From Gemmatimonadota bacterium (GTDB lineage: Bacteria > Gemmatimonadota > Gemmatimonadetes > Longimicrobiales > Gaopeijiaceae): a stretch of 64,000 bases of DNA. The DNA is taken from assembly GCA_039589315.1 (NCBI GenBank), contig JBDHHQ010000007.1:32001-96000 (forward strand), given 5' to 3'. This document shows positions 10,027 to 21,100 of this stretch, one piece after another. The notes beneath the pieces were generated by a model that worked only from the letters and a program-made list of their open reading frames with translations, had not been told where the DNA came from and did not search any database. How positions within the stretch are numbered: position 1 is the stretch's first letter; each line of letters begins with the position of its first letter. Position numbers and translations under genes: made by a program.

Positions 10027-12674
10027 AGAGGTGGGGTCGTGACGCGGAGGGAGCCCCATGGGGGGTGCGGCGACTCGTTTTGTGGACGGTCGGATCGGAC
10101 CGGGCAACGGAAGTCCTGGGAGATCTGCGTGAGCTCGCGCAAGGCCCCCCGCCCGCCGGTAGCGTCTCGTGGTATTGGTGGCAGGCCATCACGCTCGTGT
10201 TCCGCGTCCTGGCTGCCGGACGAACCGATCGCCAGCGCTCCGGCGCACGGCGGGGAGCCGGGGGCGGCTGGGCGGCAGACGTACGGTTCGCGTTCCGCTC
10301 GTACCGCAGAACGCCGGTCCTGGCCGCGGCCATACTGACCACGCTCACCCTCGGCGTGGGCGCCACAACGGCCATCTTCTCGGTCGTGGACGCGGTGATC
10401 ATTCGACCGTTGCCGTTTCGCGAGCCGGACCGGCTCGTGCTGGTCTGGGAGACCGAGCCGAACGGTGGGAGACTCCAGCCGTTCTCGCCGCCGAACCTGG
10501 AAGACTTGCGCGCATCCGCCACGACGCTCTCCGAGATCGGGGGCTGGGTGTACGAGCGCTATGCGGTCACCGGATCCGGCGATGCGGAGGAGGTGCTCGC
10601 GGTACGGGTCACGGAGGGGTTCTTCGAGGTGCTGGGTGCCACTGCGACGCTGGGGCGCACCTTCGACGCCGCCGAAGAGGCCGACCGGCGAGCGGTCGTC
10701 CTCAGCCACGCCTACTGGACGGCCCGGTTCGGCGGTGACAGGGGAGTGCTCGGCCGCACTTTGGTCCTGGACCACGAGCCGTACGAGGTCGTGGGCGTCA
10801 TGGGTCCGGCGTTCAGGTTCCCGGACCGCGACGACGTGGCGATGTGGATCCCGCAGGTCCGTTACCCCTGGGAGGAGATCCGGCACACGCGCAACACGTC
10901 AGTCATCGCCCGCCTGGCCCCGGGGGCCACCCCCGACCAGGTGAACGACGAGATCGGGATCATGGCGGCCGCGCTCAGCGAAGACTACCCGGACACCAAC
11001 GCGGGCTGGGGCGCCAGGGTCCAACCTGCCGACGTCCTCTCCGGCGATGCATCCAACCTGGTCGTGCTGCTGGCCGCCGTGGGACTGGTCCTGCTCATCG
11101 CCTGCGTCAACGTGTCGAACCTGCTCCTGGCCCGGGCGTCCGATCGCCACAGAGAGCTGGCCGTGCGGAGGTCCTTGGGTGCATCGCGGATCCGAATCGT
11201 GCGGCAGCTCATGATCGAAGGTGGCTTGCTGGCCGTTCTCGGCTCGTCCCTCGGTGTCGCTCTGGCGGCGCCGGGCACCCGAGCATTGTTGTCTCTGGAG
11301 CCCGGCGCCCTCCCGGCGTGGAATCGAGTGGACGTCGACGGACGCGTCCTCGTATTCGCGGCTGCGCTCACCGTCCTCATCACCGTCTCTACCGGGCTCC
11401 TACCGGCGGTCAGGGCGAGTCGAGAGCGCATGACCGAGGGCCTGCACGACAGCGGTCGCTGGAACGGGCCCACGCGTAGCGCGGCCAAGACCCGCTCACT
11501 GCTGTCAGTGGTCGAGGTGGCCTTGTCCGTGGTCCTGTTGGCCGGAGCCGGGCTCCTGGTGACGAGCATGATCCGGCTCACCCGCGTCGATCCGGGATTC
11601 CGTCCCGATGGACTCGTAACCGCCACGTTGGAGCTGCCCGAGACCCGCTACGAGTACGGCACCGGAGCCATGGAGGGGACCTTCGAGTCCATCCTCTCTG
11701 CGGTCCGCGGGATCCCCGGTGTGTCCGGCGCCGGATGGGTCACCACGCTGCCCATGAATCCAGTGGGCACCGACTACGACATCGAGTTCTACCTCGTCGA
11801 GCACCCTGACCGGTCCCCCACGGACGCTCCGCCTCAAGCGGACTTCCGAGTCGCCAGCGGTGGCTACTTCGAGGCGATGGGGATTCCGTTGGTGGCGGGT
11901 CGCACGATTCGGGACAGCGACAGGTCCGATACGCAGCCGGTAGCCGTGGTCAATCAGACCTTCGCCGACCGGTTCTTCCCCGGCGAGAGCCCTCTGGGCG
12001 AACGGGTGCAGGTGTACACCCCGGAGGGAGCTGGATTCGAGATCATCGGTGTGGTGGGCAACGTTCGGCACCGTGGCCTGGACGACACCTCCCGCCCGGA
12101 GCTGTACCTGCCCTACCAGCAGATGACTCACGGCGAGATGACGCTTGCGGTGCGCTCCGCCCTCGAGACGGGGGCGCTGGTCCGGGGCCTCAAGGAGGCG
12201 GTGGCCCGGGTCGACGCCGATCTGCCGCTCATCGGGGTCAGCGAGGCGCCCTCTCTGCTGGATGACTCGGTAGCCGACCGGCGGTTCCACATGATCCTGC
12301 TGCTCTGTTTCGCCGGACTGGGTCTCACGCTGGCGGTGGTCGGCGTCTATGGGACGACGTCCTATTCCGTGAGCCGTCGTCGACACGAGATCGGGATACG
12401 CATGGCCGTGGGTGCTGCGCGGGCGGACGTCCGCCGGCTGGTCCTGGGGCAGGGCTTGAGGCTGGCGTCCACCGGAATCGCCCTCGGCCTCCTGGGGGCC
12501 GTGCTTCTCACGCAGACGCTACAGGCGCTTCTGTTCGGGGTCGAACCGGTGGATCCTCTGACCTTCGGGGTCGTCGTCGGTGTCGTCGCCCTGTCAGCGC
12601 TGCTGGCGTGTTGGTTGCCGGCCCGACGGGCCGCGCGGGTCGAACCCACACAGGCGCTCCGAGAGAGCTCGTGA
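10023..12674 (+). CDS. ADOP-type duplicated MacB/FtsX permease (orphan ABC permease)
   Basis: LTLGVGATTAIFSVV, LLIACVNVSNLLLAR, DPGFRPD and EIGIRMAVGA; two MacB-PCD/FtsX halves; no adjacent ATPase. Confidence 0.92.
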   Translation: MKRWGRDAEGAPWGVRRLVLWTVGSDRATEVLGDLRELAQGPPPAGSVSWYWWQAITLVFRVLAAGRTDRQRSGARRGAGGGWAADVRFAFRSYRRTPVLAAAILTTLTLGVGATTAIFSVVDAVIIRPLPFREPDRLVLVWETEPNGGRLQPFSPPNLEDLRASATTLSEIGGWVYERYAVTGSGDAEEVLAVRVTEGFFEVLGATATLGRTFDAAEEADRRAVVLSHAYWTARFGGDRGVLGRTLVLDHEPYEVVGVMGPAFRFPDRDDVAMWIPQVRYPWEEIRHTRNTSVIARLAPGATPDQVNDEIGIMAAALSEDYPDTNAGWGARVQPADVLSGDASNLVVLLAAVGLVLLIACVNVSNLLLARASDRHRELAVRRSLGASRIRIVRQLMIEGGLLAVLGSSLGVALAAPGTRALLSLEPGALPAWNRVDVDGRVLVFAAALTVLITVSTGLLPAVRASRERMTEGLHDSGRWNGPTRSAAKTRSLLSVVEVALSVVLLAGAGLLVTSMIRLTRVDPGFRPDGLVTATLELPETRYEYGTGAMEGTFESILSAVRGIPGVSGAGWVTTLPMNPVGTDYDIEFYLVEHPDRSPTDAPPQADFRVASGGYFEAMGIPLVAGRTIRDSDRSDTQPVAVVNQTFADRFFPGESPLGERVQVYTPEGAGFEIIGVVGNVRHRGLDDTSRPELYLPYQQMTHGEMTLAVRSALETGALVRGLKEAVARVDADLPLIGVSEAPSLLDDSVADRRFHMILLLCFAGLGLTLAVVGVYGTTSYSVSRRRHEIGIRMAVGAARADVRRLVLGQGLRLASTGIALGLLGAVLLTQTLQALLFGVEPVDPLTFGVVVGVVALSALLACWLPARRAARVEPTQALRESS

Positions 12675-12866
12675 TCGCCACAGCCAACTCCACGGACCAC
12701 GAGGCCGAGCAGGCCGTCGCGTTCGCCTCGTAAGCCGGTGGATCGGGATCGGGCTCGTCTTCTTCGGACCCTTCCGCTCGGAGGTCCCCTTCCGGGGCGT
12801 CAGGCTTCTTGCCTGTGTGGAGTCATCGGATAGCTTCGGGGCTCCACGTCCTCACCCCGAGCGCGC

Positions 12867-13559
12867 ATGGCCACCCCCGACACCGCCTCCGACTACTTCG
12901 GCTCGTTGGCCGCCGAGTACGACTCGCTGATACGGCGAGCCGTCCCTCGGTACGACGAGATGCTCGACCGCTTGATCGAGTACCTGCCCGGGGAGCCAAC
13001 CCGGGGGCTCGAGCTGGGCTGTGGGACCGGCAATCTGACGCTGGCATTGGCGGGATCCCGGCCGGAATGTCGGATAACGACCGTCGACGCGTCGGCCGAG
13101 ATGGTGGAGCTGACCCGGACTCGCCTCCGGGAGCGGTTCCCCGAGGTGGAAGCCAGAGCGACCTTCGTCACGGCGCGGTTCGAGGACCTGGCACCTGAAC
13201 CGGCCAGCTTCGATCTGATCGTGTCGGCCATCAGCTTGCACCACGTGGTCGACAAGGGCGCCCTGTACGGGCGTCTGCGCGAGATGCTGGTGCCAGGGGG
13301 CGCGCTCTGCTTCTCCGACCAGATGGGCGGGGGCACGCACGCCAATCACGACGTGAATTGGATCCGCTGGCTGGAGTACTGCCGCCTTCCCGGAAACTGC
13401 TCCGAAGACGAGATCCAAAGCCTGCTCGATCACGCCGAGTCGCACGATCACTACACGCCGCTAGCCGACCATCTGAGACTACTCGGCGCGGCGGGGTTCC
13501 AGAACCTCGACTGCGTCTGGCGAGACTGGATGTGGGGCGTGGTCACGGCGGAGGCCTAG
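12867..13559 (+). CDS. Class I SAM-dependent methyltransferase
   Basis: LELGCGTG motif I, VDAS, FDLIVSAISLHH, LVPGG. Confidence 0.9.
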   Translation: MATPDTASDYFGSLAAEYDSLIRRAVPRYDEMLDRLIEYLPGEPTRGLELGCGTGNLTLALAGSRPECRITTVDASAEMVELTRTRLRERFPEVEARATFVTARFEDLAPEPASFDLIVSAISLHHVVDKGALYGRLREMLVPGGALCFSDQMGGGTHANHDVNWIRWLEYCRLPGNCSEDEIQSLLDHAESHDHYTPLADHLRLLGAAGFQNLDCVWRDWMWGVVTAEA

Positions 13560-13777
13560 TGTCGCGCGCCCGCCTGGTGCACGCGGAGCTGGAGACGGTC
13601 CACAACCGCGACTGGCTACGCAGCACGAACGACTACGCCGGCGACAACATCCTCCCGTCCATCGGTGGAGGCATCCGGTTCATGGCGGTCGTGGAGGAAC
13701 GGGTCAACGTGGGCCTAGACGTCGCCGTCGGCCGGGAGGGCCCGGCGCTCCACATCATGCTCATGGAGGCCTTCTGA
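13559..13777 (+). pseudogene. Omp85/BamA-TamA-like barrel, C-terminal remnant (72 aa)
   Basis: LPSIGGGIRF...RVNVGLDVAVG...LMEAF* matches the last three strands of Omp85-family barrels; the rest of the gene is absent. Confidence 0.6.
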
Positions 13778-13779
13778 CG

Positions 13780-15015
13780 GTGTACGCGGCGTACGCCGTG
13801 GCGGCGCCGGGGCTGGAGACACTCACGGCGGCGGAGCTCAGGACCCTCGGCCTCGATCCGACTCCGGGTCTTGGGGGCGTCTCTTTCGAAGCGGACGCCG
13901 CGGGCCTCGTGAGGGCGAACGTGCATCTACGAACCGCCAGCCGCGTCCTCGTGAGGCTTCTGGAGTTCACGGCGCGGGACTTCGCCGCGCTGGAGAAGCA
14001 CGCCCGACGGATTCCCTGGAACCGCTTCACGAAGGCCGGTCACGCGGTGCGCTTCCGGGTGACGTGCAAGAAGTCCCGTCTCTACCATCAGCGGGCGGTG
14101 GCTGAGCGGCTCGGCCTCGCGGCCCGGGAGGCCGGACGGATCGTGGAGGAGGGGTCTACCCAACCGGTGGGTTCCGGGCTGCCGCAGCCTGCCTCGGGGC
14201 ATCTCGAGGGCGCTTCCAGTCCGATCCCGTCGGACTACGAGACCCCCGACCCGGAATCCGCGCTGGCTCACCGTGGTCCTGCACCCGTCCAGACGCTGAG
14301 CGTGCGCCTGTTCCGGGACCGCTGCACGGTCAGCGTCGACGCGTCGGGCGAGCACCTCCACCGCAGGGGATATCGTCTGCGTACGGCCAAGGCGCCGATG
14401 CGCGAGAACCTGGCGGCCGCGGTTCTCCTGGCGGTGGGGTGGGATCCAGCCTCCCCCCTGGTGGATCCCATGTGCGGCTCGGGCACGCTGCTCATCGAAG
14501 CGGCCATGCTGGCGCGGGGGATTCCACCCGGCTTCCACCGGACGTTCGCGTTCCAGGGCTGGCCGGAGATCGACCCGTCGGTCCTGGAGACGTGCAGAGC
14601 CGAGGCTGCCGCCGGAGTCCGATCCCCGGTACCGGCAGTCATCGTGGGGTCGGACCGGGATACGGGAGCGGTCGCGGCGGCCGGGGAGAACGCTGCCCGA
14701 GCCGGCGTGGCCGACGACGTGCGGCTGTTCCACCGGGCCCTTTCCGCCGCGGCACCGCCTTCCGGTACCGAAAGCGGCTGGGTGGTCACGAATCCGCCAT
14801 TCGGCCGGCGGGTGGGTGCCCGTGATCGGCTGCGGGACCTCTACGCGGCTCTGGGAAACCTGGCTCGACAGCGTTTTGCCGGATGGGATCTGGCGGTCGT
14901 CTGCCCGGACCGGGCCCTCGTGGGTCAGTTGGGGATGCCGATGGAGCCGTGCTTGACCACGCGCCACGGTGGGCTCCAGGTGCAGGTCTGGCGGGGGCTG
15001 GTCCCGGGCGGCTGA
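13780..15015 (+). CDS. THUMP-domain RNA methyltransferase (RlmL-like)
   Basis: LRTASRV, DASGEHLHRRGYR, APMRENLAAA, DPMCGSGT and TNPPFG. Confidence 0.9.
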   Translation: MYAAYAVAAPGLETLTAAELRTLGLDPTPGLGGVSFEADAAGLVRANVHLRTASRVLVRLLEFTARDFAALEKHARRIPWNRFTKAGHAVRFRVTCKKSRLYHQRAVAERLGLAAREAGRIVEEGSTQPVGSGLPQPASGHLEGASSPIPSDYETPDPESALAHRGPAPVQTLSVRLFRDRCTVSVDASGEHLHRRGYRLRTAKAPMRENLAAAVLLAVGWDPASPLVDPMCGSGTLLIEAAMLARGIPPGFHRTFAFQGWPEIDPSVLETCRAEAAAGVRSPVPAVIVGSDRDTGAVAAAGENAARAGVADDVRLFHRALSAAAPPSGTESGWVVTNPPFGRRVGARDRLRDLYAALGNLARQRFAGWDLAVVCPDRALVGQLGMPMEPCLTTRHGGLQVQVWRGLVPGG

Positions 15016-15069
15016 GGGTCGAGCGATCTCCGCTCGTGCGACAGAGTTGGCCGTGCGACTCCGGTCCTG

Positions 15070-16605
15070 CTACGGCCCGGCTGCGTGGATCGCCCGCACC
15101 GTGTCGATCGTGTCCGAGTCCTCCGGTGACCTCTCTGGCCGGTACGCCTTCACCCGGGCGAAGCGAAGGGCCAGGCCGCCGGGATAGCGCGGGCTCTCCT
15201 GGATCTCGTTGAAGGCGATTTCCACCACGAGTCGGGGCTCCACGTAGACGGTATGGCGGTCCCTGGCGACCTCGATCCGCTGCAACGCCTCTGTCTGCCA
15301 CGTCAGCAGCTCGTCCGTGAGCCCCTTGAACGTCTTCCCGAGCATGACGAATCCGCCCGTGACCGGGTCTCGAGCACCGAGGTGCAGGTTGCTCAGCCAG
15401 CCCTTTCTGCGGCCGTGTCCCCACTCGGCCGCCAGCACCACCAGGTCCAACGTGTGCGCCGGCTTGAGCTTGATCCAGCTCTTCCCCCTGCGGCCGGCGG
15501 CGTACGAAGCGGTCAGGTCCTTGACCATGACTCCCTCGTGGCCCGACCCGCGGGCAATGGCCAGGAGCGCTTCCACGTCGCCCGGTCCGCGGGCGAGCTC
15601 ACGGCGCACGAGCAGGCCAGGGGGTAGGACGCCCTCCAGCACCTCCATCCGATACGCGCCCGGCTGATCGATGAGCGTGTCGCCGTCCGCGTACAGGCAG
15701 TCGAAGAAGAACGACGAGAGGGGCAGCTCGGTACGCAGGGCGGACACGTCGAGCTTCCGTCCGAACCGACGCATGCTCACCTGAAAGGGATGCGGGCGGC
15801 CGTCGGCCCTCAGAGCCAGCGTCTCGCCGTCGAGAACGAGCTCCTCCATGGGTAGGGCCGCCACGGCCTCCACCAGCTCCGGGACCGAGGGCGTCACGTC
15901 GCGCAGCCGCCGGGAGAAGACGCGCACGTCGCCGCCTGCCTTGTGGACCTGGATGCGAGCCCCGTCAAGCTTGAACTCGACGGCAGCCTCGTCCAATCGG
16001 GCCATGGCAGCGTCCGGGGAGTCGGCCGACGAAGCCAGCATGGGCTGCACGGGGCGAAAGAGGCGCAGCCCGAAGGTAGCCAGCGCGGCCTCACCACCGG
16101 AGAAGGCCGCCTCGGCCACCTCGGAGAGGTCGCCCGAGAGCATGGCGCTCCGCCGCACGGCCGCCGAAGGGACGCCGGCCGCTTCGGCGATGGCCTCGGC
16201 AATCACGCCCTCGTTGGCACCCTGCCGGAGCTCACCGAACAGAAGGGCAATGACGAACCCCTGCTCCCGTTCGGTGCAGCGGCCCAAGAGGTGCGATAGC
16301 AGTCGCTTGCGGGCCTCGACCGACCCCGACCCGGTGGTGGATTGGACGTCGCTGAAGATGCGGTCGAGGTCGTGGAGCGTCATCGCCGGGGTCGCTGCCG
16401 GTTCCACGGGCAGGGCATCCCGGAGCACGGCTGTACCCACGCCGATTCGACCCTGGCGGACCCGGCCGGAAAGAAAGCTCACTGCCAGCCCAAATCGGCC
16501 TGGACCCGCGTCCCGGAGCGCTTGGGCCAGGTGGTGGACCTTTTCCCGACGCCCCGAGGCCATGCGGACGCGCTCCGAGGTGTCTACGAGCGTTGCCAGC
16601 TTCAT
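15070..16605 (-). CDS. ATP-dependent DNA ligase (LigB/archaeal-like, with N-terminal DNA-binding domain)
   Basis: Motif I EFKLDGAR, VLDGE, FFFDCL, EGVMVK, WIKLK and ALRFAR. Confidence 0.95.
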   Translation of the reverse strand: MKLATLVDTSERVRMASGRREKVHHLAQALRDAGPGRFGLAVSFLSGRVRQGRIGVGTAVLRDALPVEPAATPAMTLHDLDRIFSDVQSTTGSGSVEARKRLLSHLLGRCTEREQGFVIALLFGELRQGANEGVIAEAIAEAAGVPSAAVRRSAMLSGDLSEVAEAAFSGGEAALATFGLRLFRPVQPMLASSADSPDAAMARLDEAAVEFKLDGARIQVHKAGGDVRVFSRRLRDVTPSVPELVEAVAALPMEELVLDGETLALRADGRPHPFQVSMRRFGRKLDVSALRTELPLSSFFFDCLYADGDTLIDQPGAYRMEVLEGVLPPGLLVRRELARGPGDVEALLAIARGSGHEGVMVKDLTASYAAGRRGKSWIKLKPAHTLDLVVLAAEWGHGRRKGWLSNLHLGARDPVTGGFVMLGKTFKGLTDELLTWQTEALQRIEVARDRHTVYVEPRLVVEIAFNEIQESPRYPGGLALRFARVKAYRPERSPEDSDTIDTVRAIHAAGP

Positions 16606-16642
16606 GACTGCAATGCGGTCCGCGCGGTCCCGGGGCTTCGCC

Positions 16643-17845
16643 CTACGTGATCGGCCCGTCCAACTCCTCGATGGTGGCAGTGGAGGGGCCGCGCTCGGCC
16701 TGGAGGCGGCGGGCAGCTGCCTCCACGTCTCTCATGACACGGAGCATGTTGTCCGCCGCCAGTTGGCGCAGCTCCGACTCGAACCAGCCTCGGCGGGACA
16801 GCTCGGCGAACAGACTGGGGTATGTGGACACGTCCTCCAACCCTACGGGTCCCCGGTCGATGCCGTCGAAGTCTCCGCCGATGGCCACGTGGTCGATGCC
16901 CGCCACGTCACGGACGTGCTCGATATGATCGGCCACGTCGGAGAGTGAGGCGCGGGGGGCCTGGCCGCGCTCCGACTCCGGCACGGCCTCCATCTGCTCT
17001 CTCCAGAGCCTCACCTCCTCGTTCACGAACGACTCGACGAACGTGACCATGACCACGCCCCCGTTCTCGGGCAGGCGACGGAGCACCTCGTCCGGGACGT
17101 TCCGGTTGTGCCCGGTCAGCGCCTTGGCCGAGGAGTGGGAGTAGATCACCGGCGCTTCGACTACGTCCAGGACGTCGTGCATCGTGGCGGGTGAGGTGTG
17201 GGACAGGTCGACCAACATCCCCAGCCAGTTCATCTCCCGCACCACCTCCCTGCCGAACGCGGTGAGGCCCTCGTGTGCCGCCTCGCCCGTCCCCGAGTCG
17301 GCCCAGTCGATCGTGCTGCCGTGGGTGAGAGTCATGTACCGGGCACCGAGCGCGTAGAAGGCGCGAAGCGCGCCCAGGGAGTTCTCGATGGCGTGTCCTC
17401 CCTCCATCCCCAGTAGTGATGCGACCTTTCCTTCGTGGAAGACGCGCATGACGTCGTCTGCCGTGAGGGCCAGCTCCAGGTGCTCCGGATGGTCGTCGAT
17501 CACCTGTAGGGCGATGTCGATCTGCTCGAGCTGGATCCGGGCGGCACCCTCTTGCACGGCGTCGAACGGCACGTAGACGGACCAGAACTGCGCACCCACC
17601 ATGCCCGCCCTGAGGCGATCCAAGTCGGTGTGGCCCACCGCTGCACCCGCGATGTCATAGGCGCGGACGTCGCGTGGGGCATCCTCCGACTCCCGGATGG
17701 CCCAGGGCAGGTCATTGTGGCCGTCGAAGAGCGGCACGCTGGAGAGGACCCGCTTGGCGATCTCCATGTGCTCGTCGTTGTCCTGAGCCGAGGCGGAGAT
17801 CGGAATCAGGGAAGCGGCCATGGCGATGAGGACGGCTCTGTTCAT
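16643..17845 (-). CDS. Secreted membrane dipeptidase (peptidase M19)
   Basis: DGHNDLPW, AQFWSVY, GMEGGH, YMTLTH, DLSH, SHS and IGGDFDG; real start is the ATG at 17845 (MNRAVLIA). Confidence 0.93.
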   Translation of the reverse strand: MNRAVLIAMAASLIPISASAQDNDEHMEIAKRVLSSVPLFDGHNDLPWAIRESEDAPRDVRAYDIAGAAVGHTDLDRLRAGMVGAQFWSVYVPFDAVQEGAARIQLEQIDIALQVIDDHPEHLELALTADDVMRVFHEGKVASLLGMEGGHAIENSLGALRAFYALGARYMTLTHGSTIDWADSGTGEAAHEGLTAFGREVVREMNWLGMLVDLSHTSPATMHDVLDVVEAPVIYSHSSAKALTGHNRNVPDEVLRRLPENGGVVMVTFVESFVNEEVRLWREQMEAVPESERGQAPRASLSDVADHIEHVRDVAGIDHVAIGGDFDGIDRGPVGLEDVSTYPSLFAELSRRGWFESELRQLAADNMLRVMRDVEAAARRLQAERGPSTATIEELDGPIT

Positions 17846-18181
17846 AGGTCGATGCGGGATCGGGATGAAGGACGGTGAACCGGCGGCGTACCGGTCTGGG
17901 GCTGCACGTCGGTAGCGTTGATACGACTGTGGCCGGCGGAAGTGCCGTCCCCGGGCGTCACGGGCCTGCAACCGTACCTCGCGTCTGGCGGCCGAGCATC
18001 TCGACGCACCCACCGGCCGGCCGCGCGCAAACGAATCGGGCAGCTGCCCCTCCCGGCCAAGCCAATGCGGCAGATTCGTGCGAGTGCCGGCTTTCCCGCC
18101 CAGCTTCGTATCGGTAGGATGACGGGCTTCGCCTCCGGCACCCGGGCCAGGAGGATTCACACACGCAGCCGTCCCTGACCG

Positions 18182-21100
18182 ATGCAAGCAAACGCGCGCC
18201 GCCCCCTTCTCACCTTGTGGGCAATGGCGATGGCCATGACCACGGCCCTGCAGGCACAGCCCGCCGAAGACCCGAACGTCGTGCACGACCCCAGCCTCTT
18301 CTCGGCTCTCGAGTACCGGACGATCGGGCCCTACCGGGGTGGCCGGGTCACTGCCGTGACCGGGATCGCCGACCGGCCCTTCACGTTCTTCATGGGCTCC
18401 ACGGGCGGCGGCGTCTGGAAGACGGTCGACGCGGGCGAGACCTGGGAAAACGTCTCGGACGGCGACTTCGACGTCGGCTCCATCGGAGCCATCGACGTCG
18501 CCGACTCGGACGCCAGCGTGATCTACGTCGGCACAGGCTCGGCGGGCATCCGGGGCAACGTGTCCATCGGGCGGGGCGTCTACCGGTCGTATGACGGGGG
18601 CAAGAGCTGGGAGCACGTGGGCCTCCGGGAGGCCGGTGCCATCAACCGCGTCGTGGTCCATCCGGAGGAGCCCGAGCTGGTGTACGTGGCTGCCCTGGGT
18701 AACCCGTTCGGGAAGAACGAGGAGCGGGGCGTCTTCCGCACCCGGGACGGGGGCGAGAGCTGGGAGAAGGTCCTCTTCGTGGCCGACAGCGTGGGTGCCA
18801 TCGACCTTGCCATGAATCCCGCCAATCCCCGCGTGCTGTACGCCGGCATGTGGCGGGCCGAGCGGAAGCCCTGGACGCTGGTGGACGCGTCCGAGGACGG
18901 GGGGGTCTTCAAGACCACGGACGGTGGCGACACCTGGGAGAAGCTGGCCGGAGGCTTGCCCGAGGGCCTGACCGGGAAGATCGGCCTGGCCGTATCGCCG
19001 GCGAACCCAGACCGGGTCTGGGCGCTGGTGAACGCGCACGACCCCGAGGGCGGCGTCTACCGCTCCGACGATGCCGGTGCCACCTGGGAACGGGTCAACC
19101 GGGACCACAAGCTGCGGCAACGGCACTGGTACTACTCGCACATCGATGCCCACCCCACCGACGAGAACACCGTCTTCGTCCAGAACACGCGGTTCTACCG
19201 GTCCATCGACGGTGGTGGGGAATTCGATCAGATCGACGTGCACCACGGCGACGTCCACGACCTGTGGATCAATCCGACCGACCCGGACATCATGATCGTG
19301 TCCAACGACGGAGGCGCTCAGGTCAGCCTCACGGGCGGGGGTAGCTGGTCGACACTGCTGAACCAGCCCACCGCCGAGTTCTACCGCGTCACCGTCGACG
19401 ACCAGTTCCCCTACCGGGTGTACGGCGCCCAACAGGACAACTCCACCATCACCGTGCCGTCGTGGAGCCCCGGCGGCATTACGCCGACCCAGGAGTGGTA
19501 CTCGGTGGCCGGAGCAGAGAGCGGCCACATCGCCGTGACCCCGGGGAATCCGGACCTGGTCTACGCGGGGAACTACCTGGGTCGAATCGATCGGTACGAC
19601 CACAGGACGCGGTCGGCCCGCAACGTCATCGCCTACCCCCAAATGCAGGACGGGACGGCGCCCAAGGAGCTGAAGTACCGGTTCCAGTGGAATGCGCCCA
19701 TCGTCATCTCGCCCCACGACCCGGAGACCGTGTACCACACGTCCAACTACGTGCACCGCACCCGGGACGGGGGCATGACGTGGGAGACCATCAGCCCCGA
19801 CCTGACCACCAACGACACCACTCAGCAGGAGCTGCCCGGCGGGCCCCTCCAGCACGACCACACCGGGGTCGAAGTCTACAACACGGTCTTCGCCTTCGCG
19901 GAGTCGCCGCACACGGCCGGAGTGCTGTGGGCAGGGAGCGACGACGGGCTGATCCATCTATCGCAGGACGCCGGGGCATCGTGGACGAACGTGAGCCCTG
20001 CCGACATGCCGGACCAAGGCACGGTGAACGCCATCGAGCTCTCCCCCCATGCAGAGGGCCGCGCCTACGTCTCGGTCTACAACTACCGGATGGACGATTG
20101 GCGACCGTTCGTCTTCAGAACGAACGACTTCGGTGCCACGTGGACGCTGCTGACGGACGGACGGAACGGGATCGCCGTCGATACCCCGGTCCGGGTGGTG
20201 CGGGAGGACCCCGAACGGGAAGGGCTCCTTTACGCGGGCACCGAGTTCGGCATGTTCGTGTCCTTCGACGACGGTGCGCACTGGCAGTCGCTCCAACTGA
20301 AGCTGCCTCGAACGCCTATCACCGACCTTCGCGTGTACCGGGACGATCTGGTGGTGGCGACGCAGGGGCGCTCCTTCTGGATCCTGGACGACCTGACGCC
20401 TCTCCACGACCTGGGCACGTGGACGGCTGGCGAGTCGCCCCACCTCCTGTCCCCCCGGCATGCCTACCGCGCGAGCATGTCGGGCCGATACCGGGGTGAC
20501 CGCGCGCCTGAAGCGCCACCACAGGGGGCCACGATCCACTACCACTTGAACGAAGCCCCCGAGGGCGAGTTGACCGTGGAGATCCTCGACGGTGAGGGCA
20601 GGGTCCTGCGGACGTACACCGGTGCCGCGGAGGACGAAGAGGACGAAGAGGATGAGGACGAGGACGAGGACGAGGACGAGAACGAGAAGGAGCCCGACAA
20701 GACCGAGTTCATCGAAAGGAAGGATCGGGCTCCTCAGAAGGCGGGCCTGAACCGCCTGGTGTGGGACTTGAAGGCTCCGGGTCCCCGGACGCTCCAGGGG
20801 TCGGTCATGTCTCTGGGCTACACCGGTGGCGCCTGGATTCCGCCCGGTACCTACCAGGTGCGGCTGTCGGTCGACGGCTGGTCCGACACGAGGGAGCTGG
20901 AGGTCCGGGCCGACCCCCGCCTTTCCGTGAGCCAGGAGGATCTGGACGAGCAATACCGTGTGACCCTCCAGGCCCGGGACATGGTGACCGCGTCCCACGA
21001 GGCCATTCGTGCGATCCGGCTGGCCCGCGGGCAACTGACCTCGGCCGTGGTCCGGGTTCAAGCCGGGGACCACGGCGATGAGGTCGAGAAGCGCGTGCGC

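Noticed and set aside
12671..12733. Short peptide VIATANSTDHEAEQAVAFAS* resembling a tmRNA tag
   Set aside because: No tRNA-like ends or recognisable tmRNA scaffold around it; likely chance or a gene scar
15070..16605. ATP-dependent ligase as a sign of prophage or NHEJ/defence island
   Set aside because: No Ku, phage, integrase or nuclease genes nearby; it simply follows the dipeptidase on the same strand
17846..19957. 1104-aa ORF suggesting a giant dipeptidase fusion
   Set aside because: The 5' part is the antisense shadow of the BNR gene; the true protein starts at 17845 with its own signal peptide
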